Source: Amphiscolops sp. MND2022 (Eukaryota). Taken from it: a stretch of DNA of 64,000 nucleotides. Both the position numbers and the translations under genes were made by a program. Shown piece by piece: positions 50,801-61,379 of the stretch (position 1 is the first letter of the stretch; each line of letters begins with the position of its first letter). The notes beneath the pieces were generated by a model, which did not search any database, was not told where the DNA came from, and saw only the letters and a program-made list of their open reading frames with translations. The DNA is taken from assembly GCA_964187785.1 (NCBI GenBank), contig OZ076409.1, positions 66,652,001 through 66,716,000 of the forward strand. The letters are read 5' to 3'.

Positions 50801-53800
50801 GGCTTTATTACCTGAATTACCGATTGATAAAACCATAATAATTAATTTGAATTCTTTTCTCCTTTTTCATATAGACAAGAAGATTGAATGTATATTCTAA
50901 CAGTCTGAGAAATTTTTTGCGTCATTTGTTTGTTGTTAAATTGCTCTAAAACTCCTGTCTGATTTTTTTCTGAGGAAATATGAAACACTTTGATTCGTAC
51001 CGTTGTAACAGAAAATATAGGCTATTTCCAATGTGGCAGTATTATAAGACAGTGTTGGCACTCCATCAAAAGGTTAGAGATTATTAGGTGTATTTGTTAC
51101 ATTTCCTTAAGTGGTGGTAATTTAGAACAAACTGTTGCTTTCAAAATGTATAACATTTTCTGACAGTACCTGATATGGTGTCGGCTTGAGCTGACTTTAT
51201 ACTGCTATAACTACATTTAGACAATGGCTTGAAGAGCTCGTCCCAACCCTTACTGCTGTAACTCCACCCTGAGTCATCTAGTACCATGGTCCGGTTGTGG
51301 CCGAAACTGAATATCAAGCACCATGTTATGTGATGAAGTTGGCACCCAAATCCACACGGCTGTTGCAGCTTGCAGATTGATAACCTATTCTTTTCATCAT
51401 TGCAGTCTCGTTCGTGTTGAAGCTAAACGTACGTTGTGCAAACTGTGATCGCTAAAAATTTAATTTTTGATTGAAAAAAATACTTACATGGTTATTCGTT
51501 GCTTGATTACTTTTGAAAAAATTCGGGTCTAGCTCAGCTGGACGACCAATCAACTGGTGAACTTCCAAAGCATAGCTCCGAAATCACCATTTTTGGTCTC
51601 ATAGCTCAAAAAACTTATTCTGGAGTAAGTATCCATAAAGGCAGCCGTGGTGGAACATACAATCTTTCAAGTCTATTTCGCAATCCGGTTTCAATTTTGA
51701 TTAGCTATGAAGTCTTTTTTAGTTTCCAGAGCTATGGGACTAGACTACGGGAACTATCAGTTGTAACTGAATGGTGCAATTGACCGACCATAACGAAGTG
51801 AAAATAGCGGAGCGTGCAGTGAGATTATTTAATCGTTTTACAAGTATGAAAATTTGATTCCAAAAAAAATGAAATCTATCCAAAAGGTGTCAATCGACTT
51901 TTTTGCATCTTCTTCAGCGAAGCAAAATTAAACGTCTCCATTATTGGCTGATTGTATTCATTGTATACAGATCAAATTTTCGATTCGATGGTAATTATTG
52001 TTACATAACAGAAGTGAAAAAAGCTTAACCAATTTGTAAATATTTTCCATCGCGTGGGCCAATTGCACGGTCACCGTCCAAGTGCACGGTTCTCAGACTA
52101 CTACATAATAGTTTCATCATTCATTACTCGTTTTGATGTCGTTCCACGTTACCATCTGAGTCGGCGCTTTATGCAATAAAAGCGACTAATATTGTGGCTT
52201 TTCGTCGTGTTTTTCATTCCGCGCCTTTTCCTTCAAAAAAGAAAAAAGCCCGACTATTACAATGACTAGTTTTTTTTCATCAGACAACAGAATGTATACG
52301 TAGTGGACACTTTTTCTAAAGAACTACTAAACTACTAGACCGGCAAGCGGAAACGCATCTAAGTTAGTGCTAAGGGTCCCCCTTTCGTGTACTCAATTTT
52401 AAACGTAAGATACAAAACCGGACGGGACTATAGGGCCCCCCCTTTCAATTTTTTCGGCACTGTGCGACTTATCTTCAATTTTTTGTCTCCAAAGGACCCC
52501 CTTCAATTTTTTTTGATATTTTACAGCAAACTGAAGTTTCAAAAAGCCCAAAGGGGTATCCCCTTTTGAATTTTTTGGCAGTATGAGACTTTCTTATTTT
52601 ACGTTTTTATCGAAATTTTTTTATTGTCTCTAAACCGGATCATTCATTTTTTGTGATATTTTGCAACAAACTGGACATTCAAAAGGCCCAAAGAGCCCCC
52701 TTGTACAATTTTAAAATACTTTTATAGCGCCGACTCAGACGTTTCGGTCTCGTTCTTTTTTATGAAAAACAAGACGCCCGCTGACCAGCAGGATATTTTC
52801 CGTCCCAACTCTTCTAGCAATGACATATTTTTGAGGCTCAAGAGTAGCCATTGCACTAAGAAATCGCTAGAGGTTTGATGAAAAAAGGTTTGACACTTTT
52901 CGAATAATGTCGCGCCATTTCAGAAGGGAACACTTCGAGAAGACACCAAACACCTATTTGGCTTTTCGTCAAATTGTGTGTATTCCAAAACATAACCAAT
53001 TGAATTTTTCTTTAAATTTGCACGAACTCGCCAAAAATGTCAAATTTTCTACATTTATGTGCTTCTTCGACAACTTTGCGGTCATTTGAGGAACTTTTAT
53101 AAAAAACTGTAGATGTCTTTCTAAAAACGCCGATTGGATAACGGGTCCAGTCGTTCTTGAATAACAAAATTGCTCGAAACGTTTACACAAAAGTATATCA
53201 ACATTTCAAAAACAAAAAATTGATTTTCCTTAAATTTCAAGTTGTTCTGGCGAACTTTTTGCATACACAACTGTAGATTTCTTTTTTAAAAATTCTGCAT
53301 GCCTACTCCAAAAGGTTAGGCTTCTAGACTATTAAGAACTGTCGGTAACTTTTATTAGAAATTCACTAATTTCTGGAACAACTGCCGAAACTTGTTTTTT
53401 TTTCAACTATTTTGGGATCATTTTGAGGCTCTTTTCTAACGTGAAACTGCAATTCACCTTCAAAAAACCTACTGAATAACCCACTTGTTCACTGTTGAGG
53501 GTTTTCTTTCTTCCAACGATGAATACTTCTCAAAAAATTCAGAACTTCGCATAAGGTTGAATTTAGACTTTCTATTTCCGACTCAACAGGGTCACTTTTG
53601 AAGTACTTTTGAAGCAAAATACTGCAACTTTCTTCTGCATAGAGTACTGCACAACTAACTATTTCGTTTTCGAGTGTTTTGGACTTTCAAAACTTTTAAA
53701 ATTTGAACAGAAACTGCAGGAAAAACTACGAATTTGATGTATTTCTGATGTAAAGCACTGTAATTTTCTCATCAAGAAGAAAAACTACATACATGATTCT

Positions 53801-56800
53801 ATCGCCTTTGATTGTTTTGAACCATCTAACTCAACAAATTCTTGAAAACTGTACTCAAATAACAAGAATAACCTACATAAATTGGAAATTTTTGGAGTGT
53901 TCGACAATTTTTGAGTCAAATTAAAGCACGTTTTTTTTTTTTCAGAAATTGGCATTTATCCCATCAAAAAGCCCACCGGACAACGCTTTCAGTTGTTGTT
54001 GAATCGTTTTAGAGTTCTAATCTATGAAAAGGTTGATACTTTTACAAAAAAATTGCGTTGTAAATTACAAAAATGTAAAAAAAACAAAAGATTTTTTGAC
54101 TAGTTTGGGGTCTTTGTGGCAATTTTTTTTACAAAACTGCATTTATCTCCGCAAACAACCCTATTGGACAACGAAATCATTCGTATTTGAAGGTATGTTA
54201 CGTTCCTATCCATGAAATTTTTAGAAACTTGACAAAAGTTGCATGAAAACGTGAAAAATTGGTACATTTGAAAGTTTTTGACATTTTCGGTCGCAAATTG
54301 TGCGTTTTTTCATTACAAAACTTCGTTTCTTTCCTAAAAAAGCCTTCGTGACAAACAAATTGTTCCTTGTTGAACTTCTTTGAAATTCGAAGTGTAAGAC
54401 CCTTCGAGAGATTCGAAGTGTAAGAGAGGTCCTGCGGTGTCTCTCAAATCACAAGCGGACCTTTAGTCATTTTTTGTATTTTTAGTTCTCAACCCGGATG
54501 TATTTTCCCTATTTCCCTGACTCCCTGGGGACAAACTTGTCTCAGTGTCCCTGTTCCCTGAAGATGACATTGAACTCACAATGTTTTGAATTTCCGGAAT
54601 AACTCTTTCGGATATAGCAGTACTTATAGCCCTCTTTATCTGATTGTGAACCATGGACATCAATGAGTCCATTTCTTGAGACAATCTAAGATTAAATTCA
54701 ATCGAAAAGGTTTCAAAAGGTTGTCTAACGTCATTTTGCCCGAGTGGATTATTTTCGTAGTCAAATTCTCTATATTCTTTTCTTTGGCGTATATCGTCTT
54801 CGGTGTCACCCTGAACTGAAGATTGCTCAATAGCGCTTGCTAGCACCCTCTCTATGGGATTATCATTTCCGTTTCCTAGCATTATGTCTAAATTGTCCAA
54901 ATCGGACATCTTGTCCATTTCTCTTAATTTTCTAACTTTCGCTTTCTGTCTTCGTTTAGAAGGCATAAATGTTTCTATTGCGGAAATGTTTGAAATATCC
55001 CAATAATTTTATCAACAAAAGAGCTGATAGAGGTTGTTTCTAGAGTATAAATGCACAAATAAGTGTAGTTGGTGGAGTCTCATTATTTTTGTCCTCAAGA
55101 CAATTGCGTCCCCCTTATTTATACTCATCACAGCATGACAGTCTAAATTTAGGGCGTCATGAAGCTATTTTTAGAATTAGAAAGCTAAAATTAGCATCGA
55201 GTCATCACACTTGTTCTAAAAATAGACTACAAAGCCTATCGGCAAGAATTGATTACATGGACAGGTAATCCATAACATCATTTCATCATGATAACATTAC
55301 ATATATTTTCATGCATGTTCAATTCTACATGTATTTTAACTAGTAACATGACACTAAGCCTCACAGGCTGAAGGTGTACAAAATGGCAACAATTCATGAT
55401 TTTTTGAAACATAGTACAAAACGTCCACGCTGTCTATTTGGCTAGCTTAGCCTGACGAGTTAGCACAGTAAAGGCAGCGCATGGCAAAGTGGACATATTG
55501 TCCTTCAATTTACTCTTGAATAAATACACCGATGAAAGCTGAGTACGGCGTTAGCACAAGATTAGCCATACCGGCCTAGCTAAATTAATAATGTACTGCA
55601 ACGTGATTGGTCAATATTTGAAATGGACCGATTGTCCTCAGCTACAGGCGAGGAAACACTTTGAACGCGTTTCCTCTACCTGTACGCTTCGGTGTCCAAT
55701 TAGTAGCACATCTAATTATATTTACATGTTTTAAAATATAACTAACAAACAATACGGCAACTAACTGTATGCAGCTACATGTTATAACATAAAACAGTAA
55801 TACAAAACAGTTTTATTGTAAAAGTTTCAATTATGTCTGCTTTGGACTTCTTGGACTTCTTGGCTCGATTGTCAGCGATTCCTCAATCTAGTGGAAATGT
55901 TCCGGGTAAAGCCCTGCAATAACCATATGCGACCGTGTACCAGTTGCCATCGCAGGCGGCCGCCTGCGACACGAAGCCACCAAGGTTTTCCAAAATTACA
56001 CAAAAAATGCATAAAAGTTTCAAAAATCTAAATTTTCAAGTGTTTTGTCAATTTCGGTTCGAATTTGATGCATTTTTTCAACACAAATCGCTTTTATCTC
56101 TTCAAGGAAGCCTCCCGGACAACGAATCTTTTCCTTGTTTAACGTTTTTGACATTCTAAGCCACCAAGTTTTTCGAAAAACAGACAAAAATTGCATAAAA
56201 TTTTCAAAATTCTGAATTTTCGAGTACTTTTGTCATTTTGGGTATGGATTTGAGGCAAGATTTCTTTGAAAATTGCATTTACATCTTTCAAAAAGCCTCT
56301 TGGATAACATTTGTTTCCTCTTTGGATTGTTTTCAATATTCAAAGCAAGGGAATTTATCGATAATTTGACAAAAATTGCCCAAAATTGAAAATTTTGCAG
56401 TTTTTTTAAACTATTTTTGGGGTCATTTTGGGTCATTCTGGGGTCTTTGAGGTCAACCAAAAAAGTCCAAAAATCTCGACAACCACATACCGCATGATTC
56501 TAATTTTACATCAGTTGAATTCTATTGGTGAAACTCTTTAGCTAGGATATAAATTTCATTCTGGGCAAGTTTTGTAAAAAAAACCGTTTGATTCAAATAT
56601 TTTCCTTTTCCATGTAAAATATGGACGGGAAATAGAAACAAGCCGGGAACGGCCCAAGTCGGTGCCATATCTAAGGCTCAAAAAACTCGAAAACCACTTT
56701 TTCTACAACTGGAGACAACAAAAGCTCTCAAAAAACTAAAAATTGAGAAAAAAAAATCCGAATTTTTTTGAATTTTTTTTCGAAGTTTCCGGTAAGTCGC

Positions 56801-58012
56801 ATAGTGCCAAAAATGTAAAAGGGGGGACGTTTTTTCTCATGGTAGACGCTTTGGATGCGTTGAAAATGAAATATTAAGTACATATGGTAAAAGTTGGTAA
56901 ATGTGCATTAATTGGATTAATGCACAAAAAGTGGACGTTACGCGTTGAACTGACGAAAAAAAACTAGCCACTGTAAGAGTCGGGATTTTCTTCGAAAACG
57001 CCGACTAAAAAACAAAACCGAAGTGACCATTTCGTGCCGAATGCCAAAAGTCTACAAAACTAAAATCTATAAATTGGGGCAAATTGGTTGGACGCGTCTT
57101 CCCTTTCATATTACGACAAAACTGTTAGACTTTTTCTCGGGGAAAATTAATCTTCATAAAAGCGTTTTCCCTTTGTTTTTTGGAAGTTTTTCTTGGGCCA
57201 CTTTCGGAAGTTTTTCTTTAAAAAAACACTTTCAAGCCCAAAACATTGAGTTTTTCGGCACTGTGAGACTGATTTTTTTTACAATGCGATTGAGAAATAT
57301 TGACAAAGTGTTCCCAGAAGCACTGAAGTTCTTTGCGCATTTTGAGCCTTAAGCGGGGCGCCGACTTATGCAGTTCCGGGCTTGTTATCTGATATAATGT
57401 TTTTCTGCATTATGACTGTTCGAATACACTCCATATCGCCGTTTTTATAAGAATATCGTTCGTTACCTTGTAGATTTCTTTCGAGACTTCATCCGAAATC
57501 TTCAGAAGTGAGTCGGCACAATAACTTTTTGTCAACTTATCTCTCGAATCTTCCGCTTGAAACCACAGATGCTTCACAAGTTCGTCCATGAAACCTCGCT
57601 CAGATTGACTCCAACCGCTTCTTCTCCGACTTAAAAAATATTGAATTTCAATGACGTCATTTCGCAAATTCATCAAATCCAGAGACAACTTTTCTAGCAA
57701 CTCATTTGAAACCAGGCTTCCATGAGAACCTCTTAATGTGAAGTTCGATTGTTGGCTTAGAGAGTTCGTATGATCGGGTAAAGTTTTATTGTTTCTGTTA
57801 ATCTTTCGGTCGTTTTCCGAACTCGACACTTCTTTCAACGAATTTCTCAAATTGTCGTTCTCGAGACGCATACTTGTGTGTTCCTCGTTTAGTGTTTGCA
57901 ACTGCATATTTAACTGTTCTGTTGTGATAAGTTGGTTGTTGATTCTCAGTAATGTGAGGATCCAGCCAAGAGATGTTAGGACTAGTAAATGTTTGGTCAA
58001 GTTCCTCCGCAT
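20877..58012 (-). CDS. FUT8: Alpha-(1,6)-fucosyltransferase, 7 coding exons: 58012-57467, 51422-51170, 50722-50511, 50358-50172, 49851-49628, 29583-29389, 20972-20877 (~570 aa)
   Basis: N-terminal TM + coiled coil; CGFGCQLHH, HVRRSDK..EAKFH, YLATDEP, LVCTFSSQICR, SLDDLYYY, SH3 GNHWDGYSK...GLVPAFK in FUT8 order. Intron phases are consistent; all introns GT-AG except intron 3 (GG-AG in the best model). Confidence 0.93.
21494..28948 (+). mobile_element. Degenerate Mag-like Ty3/Gypsy element with three ~193-bp LTRs (21494-21686, 27130-27323, 28755-28948), in FUT8 intron 6
   Basis: Gag with two decayed CCHC knuckles, protease, RT (WLDDII), RNase H (INELELLAVLWG) and integrase (TDKGTAF) with many stops/frameshifts; PPT AAAGAAGGGGAA before LTR2. 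Confidence 0.92.
27383..29008 (+). repeat. Tandem duplicate of 25692-27382 (integrase end + LTR + flank)
   Basis: After LTR2 and ~60 bp of flank the sequence restarts at GATTTTACATATTACT (=25692); the second copy has a small deletion near 28490. Confidence 0.9.
31533..34530 (+). mobile_element. 5'-truncated degenerate Gypsy (Mag-like) element: RT end, RNase H, integrase, PPT, 3' LTR from 34318
   Basis: ICDAS..GAVLQQ..YSISELELLAVVWASEHFK; IAIDFAGP; GIPNRIKSDPGT; PPT AAAAGGGGAG then TGTT at 34318. LTR end uncertain. Confidence 0.85.
35038..35691 (+). CDS. Unknown ORF/terminal exon (217 codons) nested antisense in FUT8 intron 5
   Basis: Long open frame in AT-rich context, acceptor-like TTTCAG at ~35068, AATAAA ~25 nt after the stop; GTLESPNFP resembles a CUB-domain motif. 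Confidence 0.45.
   Translation: MSPCFFCMLSEAENEDLIVHQEWERIQPFIGSHIYFSLERKLNYLLQLKVHKRSQPYKNLFNPLDPNFEALLKCNRSFADSEQTIDKNWFYGSIFSVANGWFPLQKGKLIFVNYQERVSFSNQAPNLVYAPSGAYIQGYRGKIWFAPEGYFVDRGTLESPNFPDLFSNEVRGVMKVTHRRNGSILKFKMRKVRKKMNYCKNKIILNHSLIPNESSTN
35866..36033 (+). mobile_element. Short Helentron-like non-autonomous element (family 1)
   Basis: 5' AGTCGGCGCTTT...AAAGAGCCCGA; 3' GCGCCGACT subterminal inverted repeat + AGACG-TTCC-CGTCT hairpin + TGTT. Confidence 0.7.
37102..40625 (+). mobile_element. Helentron-like non-autonomous element (family 1) containing the satellite array
   Basis: Degenerate family 5' end TTTTTAGTCCGCT..GCCCGACT at 37102 and 3' end TTAGATATGGCC.TGACTTGGGCAATTCCCGGCTTGTT at 40588-40625. 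Confidence 0.65.
37195..40552. repeat. Satellite array of 21/22-bp monomers (consensus ~AAAGTTCGGATGTAACGTTTTC), roughly 155 units, with higher-order structure
   Basis: Directly visible; the rare variant AAAATTCGTA recurs at 38155, 38523 and 38891 (368-bp period). Confidence 0.97.
40641..41076 (+). mobile_element. Helentron-like non-autonomous element (family 1)
   Basis: TTTTTAGTCGGCGCTTT...AAAAGAGCCCGACTA at the 5' end; GGCGCCGACT + AGACGTTCCCGTCT hairpin + TGTT at the 3' end. Confidence 0.8.
41095..41683 (+). mobile_element. Helentron-like non-autonomous element (family 2)
   Basis: 5' TTCCGCCCAT..., 3' CCCCGCTGGTCAATAGGCGCCTTGTT; body resembles the reverse complement of ~56000-56636 and ~12150-12630. 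Confidence 0.5.
42291..43459. mobile_element. MITE with CCCTGG...CCAGGG TIRs and TTGCAAG subterminal repeats, hosting a nested foldback element
   Basis: CCCTGGTTGAAGAA at 42291; TTCTTCTCGACCAGGG ending 43459; related fragment at ~29645-29750. Confidence 0.7.
42483..43333. mobile_element. Foldback-type element with inverted arrays of a 15-bp unit (GAAATTTCGTCGTCG)
   Basis: Array at 42489-42590 and its reverse complement at 43180-43323; GGAGG/CCTCC termini. Confidence 0.8.
44338..46584 (+). CDS. Orphan 748-codon ORF (helical-looking N-half, K/S/E-rich disordered C-half) nested antisense in FUT8 intron 5
   Basis: 2.2-kb uninterrupted frame, AATAAA at 46617; no family recognised; true start uncertain. 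Confidence 0.65.
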   Translation: MYLIFSLSSNAIDDNGSDESPVVYFLPNCYFREFGGPWVSLDKGYMLIWNKITPSPGSKPTFEGCWDALANEIVRTCCEYYPPLFQKNYTIHAFLATHSSLLFNIVASLCALRFIAEDEIPENFRKIPEMVVKPETDVNTENLRWLIDWLLNNSNSCFNVSFYVLQNYLSNKLRTMDYGKLRFFSREGASIEEKRFEMVRNILIIEPDVLNLCLDLIKNFPMQNVSELSDQFEGNILEDVTSGNPNYTYFYQTLMEIGVMYLFDEAIEIEKDKTKSQIHLYIQKCAWKRKKFSTRKVQPQLREKMLAASLLCAETRLLQLAVKFKHLQGSAVPRILEKQPVEKKSKKDLIPALLWLIEDEDLELENEILDFALNRIKTSQRLSSKVSFEGENWEKQMVENVNCLTTGKWPELNMETLKGDVKKAQASQKMQNEPENKVQQQLTNQTEENCDDRVASGAKGAETIEKTPGQKRAVSKSKKWKTPEEENGETPQEQRQNGDQMTSRSETLEKPECERPSSGRKKATGKSRERKKPTDQKRTLSPQTASRSKTPEMPENILVSSSRKSSAEKSKRKKSPKNQVDAAIREPETNDDHSESGNKSKKSSGKNFDPLAESNQNNPRNKGGRNKRPEKQVKQASEQSGGKIDSKKYGGNQEPKQPRLSSLSSVSSAGSDLVCRELQTRLATLREQSGDHVSKVPKVKQNKKLMSQKDWERARKEATLKRRLTPDEKFELQIMDAELQSQLDGINM
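47734..49345 (-). mobile_element. Solo LTR (1612 bp) of the cargo-bearing Gypsy family, in FUT8 intron 5
   Basis: TG...CA ends, TSD ATAGC (47729-47733 / 49346-49350), broken MFSTRRQKAK...RLSQEMDSMM ORF. Confidence 0.92.
52159..52754 (+). mobile_element. Helentron-like non-autonomous element (family 1)
   Basis: AGTCGGCGCTTT 5' end; GCGCCGACT + AGAC..GTCT hairpin 3' end; body similar to 40641-41076. Confidence 0.7.
52767..56636 (-). mobile_element. Long Helentron-like non-autonomous element (family 2) interrupted by a solo LTR
   Basis: Left end AACAAGACGCCCGCTGACCAGCAGGATATTTTCCGTCC, right end ATGGACGGGAAATAG (short subterminal inverted repeat); right part similar to ~12150-12630. Confidence 0.5.
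54419..55971 (-). mobile_element. Solo LTR (1553 bp) of the cargo-bearing Gypsy family, in FUT8 intron 1
   Basis: TG...CA ends, TSD CGAAG (54414-54418 / 55972-55976), 167-codon MPSKRRQKAK ORF (54966-54463). Confidence 0.92.
56637..57012 (-). mobile_element. Helentron-like non-autonomous element (family 1)
   Basis: AACAAGCCGGGAACGGCCCAAGTCGGTGCC (3' end, reverse complement) ... GAAAACGCCGACTAAAAA (5' end, reverse complement). Confidence 0.75.
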
Positions 58013-58803
58013 TTTGCTGAAATAAAAACACCAAATTGAATTTTTGATGGAGTTAGTCTACACTGAGGGTTGCAAAAGAGAATGAATTCTTTTATATATT
58101 CTAAAAATATCAAATTTTCTAAACAAAAAACGAACTTCAGTGTGATTCTTTTGAACGACGTTTTGTCACACGAACGTTTTTTTCGATAAGCAACGTACTG
58201 AAGAAGATCAAGACATAAAAAGTGATATGAGTGAACTCAATTAATTAAGAATCACATGACTGAAGGACTCGCGTTTCTTCCACCAAATTCGACAACATCT
58301 CTAGTATCATTTCCTCCAGAAGTCCTTCTCTATTTGACCTCAACGTCCATACTTGCTCGTTGCTCTTGTTGATTTAACTGATCAGTCATATTATCAAATT
58401 TCTATTCCATTCATTCAAGTGATATGATGTAACGAAAGCCTCTGGGATACATTTGAAAAACTCGATGAACAACTGATGCTACCATCCTGTTGAGCATGAC
58501 AGATTGGCTAAACCCGCCATTTCGAAAGAGAACACGGAGCGAGCAAGACGAAGTACCGAGAACACCGGAGTGCGTAAAGAAAAACTCTATCACTCACAAA
58601 TTGACTCAAATTAGCTAATGCAACACGCACCCAAATACAGTACGGTGTACTGTTACTATAGTTTGGTTATACCTTAGCAAGACAATACCGTATGCAGCTA
58701 AAACTATAAGAAGGAGTCTTAAAGCTGAAAGAGCTTTCTTCGCTACACGGAGCCCCAGCTTCTGAGCTGTGTGGCCAGCCATGGGGTGCTTTGATACTGA
58801 TTA

Positions 58804-59314
58804 CACGGGTTTGACCCTCCATGGATATCTTATTAATATCTTGGCAAAATCTTGGAAAGGTCTTGTCACAAGCTTGCCATGGTATTCATTTTGTCATGGT
58901 GAGATCTTATCAAGAGAGCCATGTTCACAAGAAAAATTTCTGTTAAAATCCTATTTGGCTAGAAAAAATCTGAAAGAAAGTCAACAAAAATCAACATCTA
59001 TGCAGATTTACATTGTTAGACATGGCAATTTTCTGTTAGCAAGGTATATAATTTGATTGAAGAGTCCTGATGCTGTTTATTTAGGGAGTTGTTGGGTTAA
59101 ATGAGCCTTTAGATTGAGTCTCGGCTGCTTGTACCGAAGGTATAGTGTTTTTTTATAATCTTAGAATTTTGTCCATCGTGATATGATACGATCTTGGAAT
59201 AATGTATTATCTTAGTAAGATCTTAATAGGAATCTTGACATGGGATCCACGGTTGCCAATTTGGCAAGATCTTGCCAAGACAGCCAAGATGCCAAGTAGG
59301 AGGGTCAACCCGGA
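58804..59314. mobile_element. MITE with ~17-bp TIRs and CAAGAT-rich internal repeats
   Basis: CACGGGTTTGACCCTCC ... GGAGGGTCAACCCGG. Confidence 0.7.
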
Positions 59315-60116
59315 CTAATATTCCGAAAACGGTTGGTATCCTATTTCATTTTTGATTGTTGCACGTACCATCATTCCCTAGTGATCTCATTTGCTGGTCT
59401 TGGAAATTGAACTATTTTCTTGAGAAACCGCCTACCCTTTAGGTTTTTCCAGTTCACAATGGCAAGGTACGCGGCATCTTGTCGTGATATGAGATTCAGA
59501 TGATTTTCACGTTCGCTGTTTCTTTGTTTTGGTGGAACGTTTTCTCAGATGAACTCTTTATCCAATATTTCAATCATTGACGTTGGAGCAAAATCATGTA
59601 AAAGAAATATTTTACTGGCTACTTTTTTTCCTTTTTACTCATTTTCCACCTTTTTCACATTCATTCCAACTAGGAGCCCTTGATTTACTTAGCCTAATGA
59701 CAATCCGCTTTTGACTATGTTTTCGTTTTAAGCAAACGGATATTCTTTTTTCGCAGTTTCAGTTTACGAGTCCAAAAAAGCGGACACTATTCAAACCATA
59801 TGAAGCGAGGATCACTAAAGAATATCATGCCGAAAACTCGACCAAATCAACTCGTCAAATTTTATGGGCGAAAACTGTCGAAGTTTATTTTGTAGAATAA
59901 CTTGACGAATGATTATAGAATACCAGTTAGTTACTGCTGAAACTTGTCTCAACAATGAGAGGTTTAAGAAATAACGGTCAGTTGTGTCAGCTATCGAACC
60001 AAACAATGAAGTGAAAGCACGACACCTTCGTTTGTACGTGTGAGGTACGATAGACTAATAGGTACGAAAGTGTGAGGGTTGTGACATTTGGGAATTACAG
60101 TTCGCTTTAGATGCTG

Positions 60117-60599
60117 AACAAGACAGGAACGTCTAAGGTCGGCGCTATATCTAAGGCTCAAACAGCACAAAGTTTTCAAGAGCTGAAAAAAATTTTTTGG
60201 AAAAAAAATAATCACTCAGAAAAATCTCACAGAGCCGAAATTTGTAAAAGGGGGTCCATTTGGGCTTCTTGAAAATCCAGTTTGTTACACAATGTTTAAA
60301 AAACTGAAGGGGGACCCTTTGGAGACATTAGAAAATTTTCGAAAAAAAAGTCGCACAGTGCCAAAAAAAATCGAAAGGGGGGACCCTTTAGTCCCGTCCG
60401 CTTTTGTAGATTACGTTTAAAAAATTAAAAACCAAAGGGGGGACCCTTTGGAATAGCTTAGATGCGGTTCCCGGGTATCCGTTTAGTTTCCTTTAGTTGA
60501 ACATACTGAAAGTTAATGCTTATCGCTTCCAGTCTGTCCTAAAAAAACGAGTGACTGTAATAGTCGGGCTCTTTTATCAATAAAAGCGCCGACGAAAAA
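60117..60599 (-). mobile_element. Helentron-like non-autonomous element (family 1)
   Basis: AACAAGACAGGAACGTCTAAGGTCGGCGC ... TAGTCGGGCTCTTTT..AAAAGCGCCGAC; close to the reverse complement of 40641-41076. Confidence 0.8.
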
Positions 60600-61070
60600 C
60601 GTTAATACATGCCTACATCATACCGCTTTTATCTCAGATAACAGTTAAATAAGTTGGCGCCATTATTATTGAAGTTTGTTTCGAATTTTTAATTGACAGA
60701 CAGTAAATGCGTCCAGTGGTTTTGTTTCAGAATTTCTGTTTCATTCTTAGATTGGTGGTTATCTACAATAAATCAGAGTAATCGCTTTTCCAGAACGTAT
60801 AATTGATAATAAAGATGGTATTCGTTTTTTTGCTGGTTTATAGTTTTCGTTATTTTTTTCCGACCCCACAAATATATTTGGCGGACGAAAATCATGATCT
60901 GTGATGCGTCTTTTTTTTCGAAATTCTGCCAAAATTCTACTTGACTATTTCCATCCACCTGACTATCTCCAATGGAGATAGTGAAGTGGATGGATCTTTC
61001 CCATCCACTTGACTATTATACTTGACTATTTTTATAGTTAATATGGTCCAGTTGAAAGATGACTATTTTA

Positions 61071-61195
61071 GTCACAATGACTCAGTTGGTAGTGCATCCG
61101 CCTATCAAGCAATAGTGAGCGGGTTCGAATCTCGCCTTCTCCAGACTTTTTTGAGAAGTTGGCAATTATCCCGGTGCTTAGCGGGCGTCTTGTAT
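61071..61195 (+). mobile_element. tRNA-derived (SINE-like) head with Pol III A and B boxes
   Basis: A box TGACTCAGTTGG (61078-61089), B box GGTTCGAATCTC (61122-61133); acceptor stem does not pair. Confidence 0.55.
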
Positions 61196-61379
61196 TGAAC
61201 AACCAACTGTGATCGGTCGATCACAATTAGTGTGAACATTTTCGGTATGCGACTTCGATTGGGCCTATAAAATCCAACTGGATGCTTGGATCCGTTTATC
61301 TACCAATGGTGAGTAGTTATTTCCAGAAATAGTTAACTGTGGTCTAATAATCTTACTTGGTTCCACTCTTGCTTGTGTG

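Noticed and set aside
61071..61145. Functional tRNA gene
   Set aside because: A and B boxes present but the acceptor stem does not pair; treated as a SINE-like head.
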